A DNA stretch of 24,000 nt. Source: an uncultured Alphaproteobacteria bacterium. Lineage in GTDB: Bacteria; Pseudomonadota; Alphaproteobacteria; Micropepsales; Micropepsaceae. The position numbers were made by a program, and so were the translations under genes. Position 1 is the first letter of the stretch, and every line of letters begins with the position of its first letter. The notes beneath the pieces are model-generated. The model was given only the letters and a program-made list of their open reading frames with translations. It was not told the origin of the DNA and did not search any database. Where the stretch lies: contig CAVYKF010000006.1 in assembly GCA_963769055.1 (NCBI GenBank), positions 224,212 through 248,211 of the forward strand, given 5' to 3'. This document shows, one piece after another, positions 16,765-23,656 of this stretch.

Positions 16765-16793
16765 GAGATACTGGAGCGGACCCGCGATGGCAA
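16765..16793 (-). promoter_or_regulatory. Putative sigma70-type promoter of tRNA-Ser
   Basis: The minus strand reads TTGCCA-N17-TATCTC. The -10 element ends 7 nt before the mature tRNA 5' end. Confidence 0.35.
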
Positions 16794-16925
16794 GCCAAAT
16801 CCCGGCAATTCCAGACTTCGACGCGGCTGCTCTATCTCACGGGCGACCAGGACGCCGCCAATCTCGAAACCGAAACGCGCAGCAAGCGATCGATGCAGGA
16901 CTGGTGCGTTTCCGACGTGAGCAGC

Positions 16926-17210
16926 ATGCGCATGTCCTTCACCGGCCATGAGGTGGCGCCGGCGGCGCTGTTGGCGCGCGCGCTCCAATCCCTGCTCGAT
17001 CCGCAACGTCCCGACCCCGAGCGGCTCGCCGCCTGCCGCGCGGGGATTGAGGCGGAAGTCGCTGCCGGGCTCGGCGAGGTCGATGCGCTGATCGCCGCCG
17101 GCAAGCAGCCGCAACCGCGAAACCTGCTCAAGGAGATCGACGCCAAATTCGGCGGAATGACGCCGCCGCGCAGCATCGCGCTGGATGCGGTCCTGAGCGC
17201 CTCGCCATGA
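16926..17210 (+). CDS. Hypothetical small protein (about 94 aa; alternative starts at 16893 and 16932)
   Basis: This is the 3' part of ORF 16401..17210, downstream of the tRNA. It shows a strong G/C third-position bias typical of coding sequence in this genome. I recognise no family. A CCGGGC/GCCCGG hairpin lies at 17296-17314 downstream. Confidence 0.35.
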   Translation: MRMSFTGHEVAPAALLARALQSLLDPQRPDPERLAACRAGIEAEVAAGLGEVDALIAAGKQPQPRNLLKEIDAKFGGMTPPRSIALDAVLSASP

Positions 17211-17457
17211 TCGCAGCCGCTCCCGGAGACCCGATCCGGTCATCGATCTCGTCGCGGATAGGAGCCAGACAGTTTGCGACAATTTGTGCAACGCACCGGG
17301 CAAGGAAGGCCCGGATTGTCGCGGTCTTTGGTTGACGCGCGGTCAGTTGATAGCGGCCTTTAACCGCTTGCACCCCGCGATGCCTCGTGTAACCTCTCGC
17401 CCAAACCCGGGGGGGTAAAATCGAACTCATACCGCCCTTCCGCCGCTGGAGGAAGAT

Positions 17458-18693
17458 ATGAGAAAATTCATGCGCTCTCGAAATTTCATGATTGGTGCCG
17501 GCTTCGCCGCGATTATCGGCGCGCTGGGCGTGTCGCAAGTGGCGTTCCAGGATAAAGCGGTTGCGCAAGGCAACATGGCGCCCAAATTCGAAGTCGATCC
17601 CTATTGGCCCAAGCCCTTGCCCAATCACTGGGTCATGGGCATGGCGATCGGCGTGTGGGTCGATAACAACGACCATATCTGGATGGTGCATCGCGCCGGC
17701 ACCATCGACCGCACCATAAGTCAGCTGCAGCGCGGCCTCGGCGAATGCTGCCAGGCGGCACCCCCGGTGCTGGAGTTCGACGAGGCGGGCAACCTGCTCC
17801 ATGCCTGGGGCGGCCCCGGCCAGGGTTATGAATGGCCGGAATCCAACCACGGCATCTTTGTCGATTACAAAGGCAATGTCTGGATCGGCGGCAATGGCGG
17901 CCCGGACTCGCAGATCCTGAAATTCACCCAGGACGGCAAATTCCTGATGCAGTTCGGCAAATCCGGCGCGCGCCGCAAGGCGGGCGTGGCGGCGGACGCC
18001 AATGTCGAAGCCTCGCAAAAGGATTTTGCGGCGGATTCGAACGATCCGAACAATTTCGGCCGCGTCGCCAAGATCTTCGTCGACCCCAAGGAGAACGAAG
18101 CCTATATCGCCGACGGTTACTTGAACCACCGCGTCGCGGTGATCGATGCCGATACCGGCAAGATGAAGCGCTGGTGGGGCGCATACGGCAACAAGCCGGA
18201 CGACACGCCGCTCGGGCCGTATGACGAGAGCCAGCCGCATGCGCAGCAATTCCGCAACCCGGTGCATTGCGCCGACATGTCGGTGGACCGGCTGATCTAT
18301 GTCTGCGACCGCGTCAATGACCGCATGCAGGTCTTCACGCCCGAAGGCAAGTTCGTGAAGGAGATGTACTACAAGACCAAGACCAAGACCGACGGCTCGG
18401 TGTGGGACATCGCCTTCTCCAAGGATCCGCAGCAGAAATACATCTTCATGGCGGACGGCGTGAACGAGCATGTGGTCGTGATCGACCGCCAGACCCTGAC
18501 GCCTCTCACCACCTTCGGTGACGGCGGCAATTCTGCCGGCGAATTCCATGGCGTGCACTCGATCGCCATCGACTCCAAGGGCAACCTCTTCACCACCGAG
18601 ACCTATGAAGGCCGCCGTATCCAGAAATTCATCAACAAGGGTATGGCCCCGGTCACCAAGATGGATCAGGGAGTGGCCTGGCCCGCGCACTAA
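17458..18693 (+). CDS. Secreted NHL-repeat six-bladed beta-propeller protein (peptidyl-alpha-hydroxyglycine lyase-like fold)
   Basis: 411 aa with RBS GGAGGA 5 nt upstream and an N-terminal signal/anchor FMIGAGFAAIIGALGV. NHL-like blades repeat: VDYKGNVWIGGNG, YIADGYLNHRVAVID, IYVCDRVNDRMQVFTPEGKF, IFMADGVNEHVVVID, IAIDSKGNLFTTETYEGRRIQKF. Confidence 0.75.
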   Translation: MRKFMRSRNFMIGAGFAAIIGALGVSQVAFQDKAVAQGNMAPKFEVDPYWPKPLPNHWVMGMAIGVWVDNNDHIWMVHRAGTIDRTISQLQRGLGECCQAAPPVLEFDEAGNLLHAWGGPGQGYEWPESNHGIFVDYKGNVWIGGNGGPDSQILKFTQDGKFLMQFGKSGARRKAGVAADANVEASQKDFAADSNDPNNFGRVAKIFVDPKENEAYIADGYLNHRVAVIDADTGKMKRWWGAYGNKPDDTPLGPYDESQPHAQQFRNPVHCADMSVDRLIYVCDRVNDRMQVFTPEGKFVKEMYYKTKTKTDGSVWDIAFSKDPQQKYIFMADGVNEHVVVIDRQTLTPLTTFGDGGNSAGEFHGVHSIAIDSKGNLFTTETYEGRRIQKFINKGMAPVTKMDQGVAWPAH

Positions 18694-18714
18694 CGGGTCG
18701 GACATTTAGTTTTC

Positions 18715-20052
18715 ATGTTTGCTTGGATCATGCGCCGCCAGTTTGCTCTGCTGCTGGCGGCGCTGGTCTTTTATGCGGTACCGGCGCATGCGCACGACAT
18801 TCCGGTCGATGCCGCGGTGCAGACCTTCATCAAGCCCGAAGGACATGTCCTGCATGTCCTGATGCGCGTGCCGCTCACCACCTACACGGACGCGGAATAT
18901 CCCCATCGCCCCGGCGATTATGTCGAGCTCACCACGGTCGACCCGTCGCTGCGCGCCGCCGCCACCGTGGTGCTGCTGGAAAATCTCAGCCTCTATGAAG
19001 GCGACCGCAAACTGCCCGATCCGCGCATCGTCTCCGCGCGGCTGTCGCTGGATTCCGACAGGTCCTTCGCCAGCTATGAGCGGGCGCTGGCGCATGTCAT
19101 GGGCCCGCCCCTGCCGCCCCAAACCAATGTCCTGTGGGAGCAGACAAAGCTCGACGTTCTCTTCGACTATCCCATCCAGTCGGAGAATTCCTATTTCTCG
19201 ATCCACGCCAAGTTCGACCGGCTGGCGCAGCACGAAGTCACGCCCCTGCAGGTCTTGCTGCCCAACGGGATCACGCGCGCCTATGAACTGGAAGGCGATG
19301 CCGGCCTGGTGCGGCTGGATCCCAACTGGTATCACGCCGCCGGCCGCTTCGTGGTGATGGGCTTCGAGCACATCCTGGAAGGCATCGACCATCTGCTCTT
19401 CCTGTTCTGCCTGGTCATTCCGTTCCGCCGGATTCGCCCGCTCGTCCCCGTCGTCACCGCCTTCACGGTGGCGCACTCCATCACCCTGATCGCCTCCGCT
19501 TACGGCTATGCGCCGGACGTATTGTGGTTTCCGCCCCTGATCGAGATGCTGATCGCGGTCTCCATCGTCTATATGGCGCTGGAGAATATCGTGGTCGAGC
19601 ATCCGACCCGGCGCTGGATCATCACCTTCTTCTTCGGCCTGGTGCACGGCTTCGGCTTTTCCTTCGTCCTGCGCAATACGCTGCAATTCGCCGGGTCGCA
19701 CATCCTGACCTCGCTGCTCTCCTTCAATATCGGCGTCGAGTTGGGGCAATTGTTCATGCTTGCGCTGTTCGTGCCGGCCCTCAATCTTCTCTTCCGTTAC
19801 GTGGTGGCCCAGCGCCTGGGTACGATCATCCTGTCGGCCCTGGTCGCCCATCAGGCCTGGCATTGGATGGAGGACCGTTTCGACGCTCTGCGGCAGTTCC
19901 CCTGGCCCACCATCACGCCCGAGGGGATCATGAGCGCGCTGCGCTGGCTGACCGTGCTGGTGGCGGTCGCGGCGGTTGTATGGGTGGTGTCGCTGGTGAC
20001 AAGGCGGTGGGAACAGCCGGCGAACGAGGCGCGGAAATCGCCGGCCGAATGA
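18715..20052 (+). CDS. HupE/UreJ-family membrane protein with a ~200-aa N-terminal periplasmic domain
   Basis: 445 aa. The signal peptide ends AVPAHA|HD, so the mature protein would start with His. HupE-type TM motifs are HILEGIDHLLFLFCLV, AFTVAHSITL and FFFGLVHGFGFS. An alternative ATG exists at 18730. The gene starts 21 nt after the NHL gene. Confidence 0.75.
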   Translation: MFAWIMRRQFALLLAALVFYAVPAHAHDIPVDAAVQTFIKPEGHVLHVLMRVPLTTYTDAEYPHRPGDYVELTTVDPSLRAAATVVLLENLSLYEGDRKLPDPRIVSARLSLDSDRSFASYERALAHVMGPPLPPQTNVLWEQTKLDVLFDYPIQSENSYFSIHAKFDRLAQHEVTPLQVLLPNGITRAYELEGDAGLVRLDPNWYHAAGRFVVMGFEHILEGIDHLLFLFCLVIPFRRIRPLVPVVTAFTVAHSITLIASAYGYAPDVLWFPPLIEMLIAVSIVYMALENIVVEHPTRRWIITFFFGLVHGFGFSFVLRNTLQFAGSHILTSLLSFNIGVELGQLFMLALFVPALNLLFRYVVAQRLGTIILSALVAHQAWHWMEDRFDALRQFPWPTITPEGIMSALRWLTVLVAVAAVVWVVSLVTRRWEQPANEARKSPAE

Positions 20053-20067
20053 TCGTCCCGTCCCGGA

Positions 20068-20879
20068 TCAGCCTTCGCCCGCCAGCCACTCGAGTTCGCG
20101 TTTTGGCCGCAAGCGCGGGGGCCACGGCCGCCAATGCGGTTTTCATGTCCGCATCGAATTGGAAGGGCGGATTGAGCACCAGAAGCCCGGCGCGGCCGAG
20201 CTTGCCGTCCGGCGCATCGATGGCGATCTCGATTTTCAGGACCTTGGCCGGCCCGCGATGCCAGCACCTCGCCGGCGAAGGCGTTGCCGGCAGCGTCGGA
20301 TTTGATCGGATACCAGATCAGATAGATTCCGTTGGCGAACCGGCGCAAGGCTTCGCGCAAGGTGCGGCCCAAACTTTCGAATTCGTCCGGCGATTCGAAG
20401 GGCGGATCGATCAGCACCAATCCGCGCCGTTCCGGCGGCGGCAACAGCGAAAGCAGCCGGGTGTAGCCGTCGCCCTCCTCCACGCGCGCTTTGCGCCAGG
20501 GCAGTAGCGCCTGTTTCAGCAGGGCGGCTTCCTCGGGATGTTTTTCGACCGCGACCAGGCGATCCTGCGGACGCAACATCCGCGCCGCGATCAGGGGCGA
20601 GCCGGGATAGCTGTCCGGACCGGTGTTCGCGACCAGGCCAAGATAGCGGTCCAGCAGCGGCGGGCCCGGCAATCCGCGCAGCTTTTCGATCCCCGCACCC
20701 GCTTCGCCGGTCTTGCGCGCTTCCTCCGAAGCGAGGTCATACCGCCCGCGCCCGGCGTGACTGTCGATCACCGCGAATGGCGAAACCTTCTTGGCCAGAT
20801 GCTCGAGAATCGCCACCTCGGCCAGATGCTTGGCGACATCGGCGAAATTACCGGCATGGAAAGCGTGACGGTAGTTCAT
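20068..20879 (-). pseudogene. rlmJ: 23S rRNA m6A2030 methyltransferase RlmJ, disrupted by two frameshifts near the 3' end
   Basis: The ATG at 20877-20879 (RBS GGAGGG) encodes MNYRHAFHAGNFADVAKH..LVLIDPPFE..IYLIWYPIK. The frame is lost at about 20241-20252: VLKIEIAIDAPDGKLGRAGLLVLNPPFQFDADMK continues one frame over. It is lost again in the A4 run at about 20100-20106: RELEWLAGEG-stop at 20068-20070 is in the third frame. Confidence 0.75.
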
Positions 20880-20985
20880 TGCGCCCTCCGCCCTGCGCTG
20901 GCCCGAGGGCCAGCCTACGGGCACCTCGCCCGCCAGCGCGCTTGGCGCGCGCGGGGCAGGCAGGTCCCGACCAAGACGCACCTTC

Positions 20986-21396
20986 CTATTCACAGAACAC
21001 TCTTACTTTCGCGTTTTCGTTATCGACATCGACGGTGAGATCCCGCAACTGCTCGACCAGCTCTTCCAGATTTTCCGGCGTGATCTTGTTGATATCGAAG
21101 GGGATGCCTTCCTTGCGCAGCGCTTCATTGACCTGATCGCGGGCGTGATCCGGAATGACGCCGGTGAGCCGGACACCCGCGCGAAGCAACTGCATGGGCA
21201 CGCGCACATTGACCTTGGTGGGGCCGTCAAGCGCGTCATTGGCGTCCACCAGCACGCGCAGATATTTGAAACCGCCATGGTCGCGCGGCGCGGATGCGTC
21301 GCTGCGTTCCAGCGCGGCGATCAGGCGCTCGGCTTCGTCGGAGGTGATTTTGCCCTGGGCCAGCATGTCCAGAATCTGGCGGCGATTGTCGTTCAT
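20986..21396 (-). CDS. SHOCT-like / LiaX-YvlB N-terminal-like domain protein (uncharacterised)
   Basis: 136 aa from the ATG at 21394-21396 (RBS AAAGGA). The N-terminus NRRQILDMLAQGKITSDEAERLIAALE resembles the helical module at the N-termini of YvlB/LiaX-type proteins. The rest is beta-rich and ends LTVDVDNENAKVRVFCE. Confidence 0.65.
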   Translation of the reverse strand: MNDNRRQILDMLAQGKITSDEAERLIAALERSDASAPRDHGGFKYLRVLVDANDALDGPTKVNVRVPMQLLRAGVRLTGVIPDHARDQVNEALRKEGIPFDINKITPENLEELVEQLRDLTVDVDNENAKVRVFCE

Positions 21397-21407
21397 GGGA
21401 TGTCCTT

Positions 21408-21686
21408 TCAATGCACCTGGATGGAAACCTTGGCGTCGCGATTGTCCACGTCCACGCGGGTGCCGCGCAGCGCCGCCAGCACGCCGTTCGCCGCGCGCAA
21501 GGAGCGCCACAGGCTGACGCGGAAGATGAGCGAGGCGATGAAAAGCAACGGCAAGGCCAGTATCAGCAGCGGCACCAGCAGCAGCCACAGCAGGAACAAT
21601 GGCAGCCACAGCCGCAAGCCGAAACGCCAGCCGGCGGGCCTGACATGCACGGTGGCGGAAAGCGGCGGCAAGATCTCGGCTTTCAT
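21408..21686 (-). CDS. Small membrane protein (two TM helices) with C-terminal VDVDN-x-DAKV motif
   Basis: 92 aa. The hydrophobic core is LRLWLPLFLLWLLLVPLLILALPLLFIASLIF. Its ATG overlaps the DUF2089 stop in ATGA at 21683-21686. Its stop is 11 nt before the next gene's ATG. Confidence 0.6.
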   Translation of the reverse strand: MKAEILPPLSATVHVRPAGWRFGLRLWLPLFLLWLLLVPLLILALPLLFIASLIFRVSLWRSLRAANGVLAALRGTRVDVDNRDAKVSIQVH

Positions 21687-22054
21687 TTTCCCTCCAATTG
21701 GCGAATGGCATCGGCGGCGCTGATCTCGCCGCGCTCAAGCCGGTCCAGAACTTCATTGCGCGACGGTTTGGGGTCGGTTTCGACGAATTCGAGTTGGGCG
21801 GCGATGCGGTTCAGGCGCGCCTTCACGGTGGGGTAGGAGACCCCGAACACCTGCTCCATGTCCTTGATCGAGCCGTGGCTGCGCAGGAATGCGGCGACGA
21901 AGACCTGGTCTTCCCAGGCCAGCCGCGCCAGCTGCGGCAGGGCGAATTGCCCTTCCAGGACAATGTCCCGATCCGCCAGCTTCACCCGCTCAACCACCAG
22001 CGGCGCGCCCTGGGTGAGCCGGGTCAGTTCCTGCCAGTCCTTTATCTCTGCCAT
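21683..22054 (-). CDS. DUF2089-family HTH protein (putative transcriptional regulator)
   Basis: 123 aa from the ATG at 22052-22054; a TTG at 22060 is also possible. WEDQVFVAAFLRSHGSIKDMEQVFGVSYPTVKARLNRI is the DUF2089 helix-turn-helix core. The C-terminus SRNEVLDRLERGEISAADAIRQLEG is SHOCT-like. The N-terminus has no cysteines, so there is no zinc ribbon. Confidence 0.7.
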   Translation of the reverse strand: MAEIKDWQELTRLTQGAPLVVERVKLADRDIVLEGQFALPQLARLAWEDQVFVAAFLRSHGSIKDMEQVFGVSYPTVKARLNRIAAQLEFVETDPKPSRNEVLDRLERGEISAADAIRQLEGK

Positions 22055-22082
22055 CGTCAATCTTTCGCGATTGGCAGAAGAT

Positions 22083-22132
22083 ATTTTATAAAATCAATTT
22101 TTCAAGTCAAAAAAATTGATTTTGTTGATTTT
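22083..22132 (-). promoter_or_regulatory. AT-rich promoter plus inverted-repeat operator candidate upstream of the DUF2089 operon
   Basis: The minus strand reads TTGACT (22110-22105), N16, TAAAAT (22088-22083). A perfect 13-bp inverted repeat AAAATCAATTTTT (22090-22102) / AAAAATTGATTTT (22111-22123) spans it. A third TTGATTTT half-site lies at 22125-22132. This is the most AT-rich stretch I noticed in the window. Confidence 0.5.
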
Positions 22133-22168
22133 ATGCTATCCGGCTGGAATTCCGGGAATTTACCGCGG

Positions 22169-22411
22169 TCAAGCGGCGCACCCCTCGGGCTTCAGCACCC
22201 GCTGGGTTGACGCGGGATCTTTCAGCAGCTTGGCGGCGGGACGGATGGGACGCGGCACCAGGTTGCCGCCGCAATTGGGACAGACGCCCTTGAGGCGATG
22301 CTCCGCGCAATCGGCACAGAAGGTGCATTCATAGGTGCAGATGCGCGCGTCGGGGCTGTCGGGCGGCAGATCCCTGTCGCAGCATTCGCAGTTGGGACGC
22401 AATTCCAGCAT
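22169..22411 (-). CDS. DUF1272 zinc-ribbon protein
   Basis: 80 aa from the ATG at 22409-22411 (RBS GGGAGGA). The sequence MLELRPNCECCDRDLPPDSPDARICTYECTFCADCAEHRLKGVCPNCGGNL has the Cys pattern of DUF1272. Confidence 0.8.
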   Translation of the reverse strand: MLELRPNCECCDRDLPPDSPDARICTYECTFCADCAEHRLKGVCPNCGGNLVPRPIRPAAKLLKDPASTQRVLKPEGCAA

Positions 22412-22532
22412 GGCAAAATCCTCCCGAGGCAAAACAAGCACGACGGAGGATGAACGACAATGCGCGGAAACGGCAGGAGCAGGGATGCATGCCTTGCTTT
22501 CGTGTCCGCCCTCGCTTTCGCTCGGTGCGGTC

Positions 22533-22900
22533 CCAGCTTTTCTAGCCTCGCTAACGCTCGCCAAGAAAAGCTAGGGACGGGCGGCCCCGCCCGGTGAGCA
22601 AAGCGAACCGGGCAATCAAATAAACCCGACCGCCCGCAAACTCAGCTTTTCGAGAAACACTGCCGCGCGCCTGGACGGCGCTTGGCATTTATCGTCGCAC
22701 CGATGGTGCGACGATACCAGCTTTTCTAGTCTCGCTAACGCTCGCCAAGAAAAGCTAGGGACGGGCGGCCCCGCCCGGAGAGCAAAGCGAACCGGGCAAT
22801 CAAATAAACCCGACCGCCCGACGACTCAACTTTTGAGAAACGCCGCGCGAGTGAACGGCGCTCGGCATTATTTCGACGCGCCACTGGCGCTCGAAATGAA
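22533..22900. repeat. Tandem duplication of a 184-bp structured intergenic unit (22533-22716 and 22717-22900) abutting the tRNA-Leu 3' end
   Basis: The first 104 nt of the two units differ at only 2 positions. The remaining ~80 nt are diverged with indels. Each unit contains hairpin AGCTTTTCT-N20-AGAAAAGCT, the GC palindrome CGGGCGGCCCCGCCCG and a terminal hairpin: ATCGTCGCACC-gat-GGTGCGACGAT in unit 1, and TTTCGACGCGCC-act-GGCGCTCGAAA (one bulge) in unit 2. Confidence 0.85.
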
Positions 22901-22985
22901 TGGTGCGGGCGGTCGGAATCGAACCGACACACCTTTCGGTACCAGATTTTGAGTCTGGCGCGTCTACCAGTTCCACCACGCCCGC
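22901..22985 (-). tRNA. tRNA-Leu (anticodon CAA), CCA encoded
   Basis: The reverse complement is GCGGGCGTGGTGGAACTGGTAGACGCGCCAGACTCAAAATCTGGTACCGAAAGGTGTGTCGGTTCGATTCCGACCGCCCGCACCA. Elements:
- acceptor GCGGGCG/CGCCCGC
- anticodon stem CCAGA/TCTGG with loop CTCAAAA
- long variable arm
- T arm GTCGG-TTCGATT-CCGAC. Confidence 0.9.
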
Positions 22986-23074
22986 GGAATTCACAGGGCC
23001 CCGAAGGGCTTGCGTCATCTGGCCGGATGGATGCCACAAGCGGCATGCGCCGTCCAGACCTCTGAACAGAAGGG

Positions 23075-23434
23075 TTATTTTTTGGTCCAGGCTCCGCCCA
23101 GCGGCTTGAAATATTCGCCCGCCGGCAGCTTGGCGATCAGCTGCGCGCCGGTCGCCTGGCCCGCGGCGTCGCGGGTAACACCGGATTTCGCCGCCGTCTG
23201 GGCATAGACATCGGCGCGCGCCGCATTGATCGCCGTGACGGCCGCGGTTGTCGCGCCGTCCGCCGATCCCTTGACATAGCCAAGATACCCGTCGGCCTGC
23301 TCGCCCACCGTGCCTGCCACTTTCGCGGCGTCGACAGCCGCCTTGTCGCTGGCCAGATCCGCGAAGGCCGGCTGGACGAAGGCCAGCAACAAGGCCAGCG
23401 CGACGGCCGATTTTGCTTTTGCGATGATGCTCAT
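23075..23434 (-). CDS. ydbL: YdbL-like periplasmic protein (DUF1318)
   Basis: 119 aa from the ATG at 23432-23434, with a signal peptide ending QPAFA. GTVGEQADGYLGYV, INAARADVYAQ and PAGEYFKPLGGAWTKK parallel E. coli YdbL (GRVGETFYGYL / INAERKASY / PGEYVQGINGKWVRK). Confidence 0.8.
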   Translation of the reverse strand: MSIIAKAKSAVALALLLAFVQPAFADLASDKAAVDAAKVAGTVGEQADGYLGYVKGSADGATTAAVTAINAARADVYAQTAAKSGVTRDAAGQATGAQLIAKLPAGEYFKPLGGAWTKK

Positions 23435-23460
23435 CGAAGGCTTCCTTTGCGTCGAAAGGT

Positions 23461-23646
23461 TCAGAAAATGTCCGGATTCTGCTGGATCGCGCTTTGAACT
23501 TCCTTGTCCAGCCGCACGCGCACATCGGCATCCAGCTTGGCGTAGATATTGATCGGCGCCACTTCGACGCGGATGGTGGGCGTGCAGGCGCACAGAGTTG
23601 CGCAAATCGCCGCTGCCTGGACGGCCGCCCGTATCGGATTGTTCAT
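23461..23646 (-). CDS. ynbE: YnbE-like lipoprotein
   Basis: 61 aa from the ATG at 23644-23646 with lipobox LCAC. CTPTIRVEVA..PINIYAKLDADVRVRLDKEV parallels E. coli YnbE (GCTPRIEVAAPKEPITINMNVKIEHEI). Confidence 0.8.
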   Translation of the reverse strand: MNNPIRAAVQAAAICATLCACTPTIRVEVAPINIYAKLDADVRVRLDKEVQSAIQQNPDIF

Positions 23647-23656
23647 CGGAATGCTC

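Noticed and set aside
16401-16892. 5' part of ORF 16401-17210, plus ORFs 22735-23046 and 22800-23531, which read through tRNA genes
   Set aside because: They run through tRNA-Ser, tRNA-Leu and their terminators, which is incompatible with real coding sequence.
17211-17457. Metal or cobalamin riboswitch upstream of the NHL / HupE-family pair
   Set aside because: I could not find a B12-box-like element or any recognisable riboswitch core. There are only short hairpins, for example CCGGGC/GCCCGG at 17296-17314.
20880-20985. GC-rich palindromes (CTGGCCC-ga-GGGCCAG at ~20898-20913, and gcgcgcttggcgcgcgc) between the SHOCT-like gene and rlmJ as a terminator
   Set aside because: There is no adjoining U-tract and the loops are very tight. 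I cannot tell these from generic GC-rich self-complementarity.
22533-22900. Possible CRISPR array
   Set aside because: There are only two long (184-bp) directly abutting units. There are no short repeat/spacer alternation, no cas genes and no leader.
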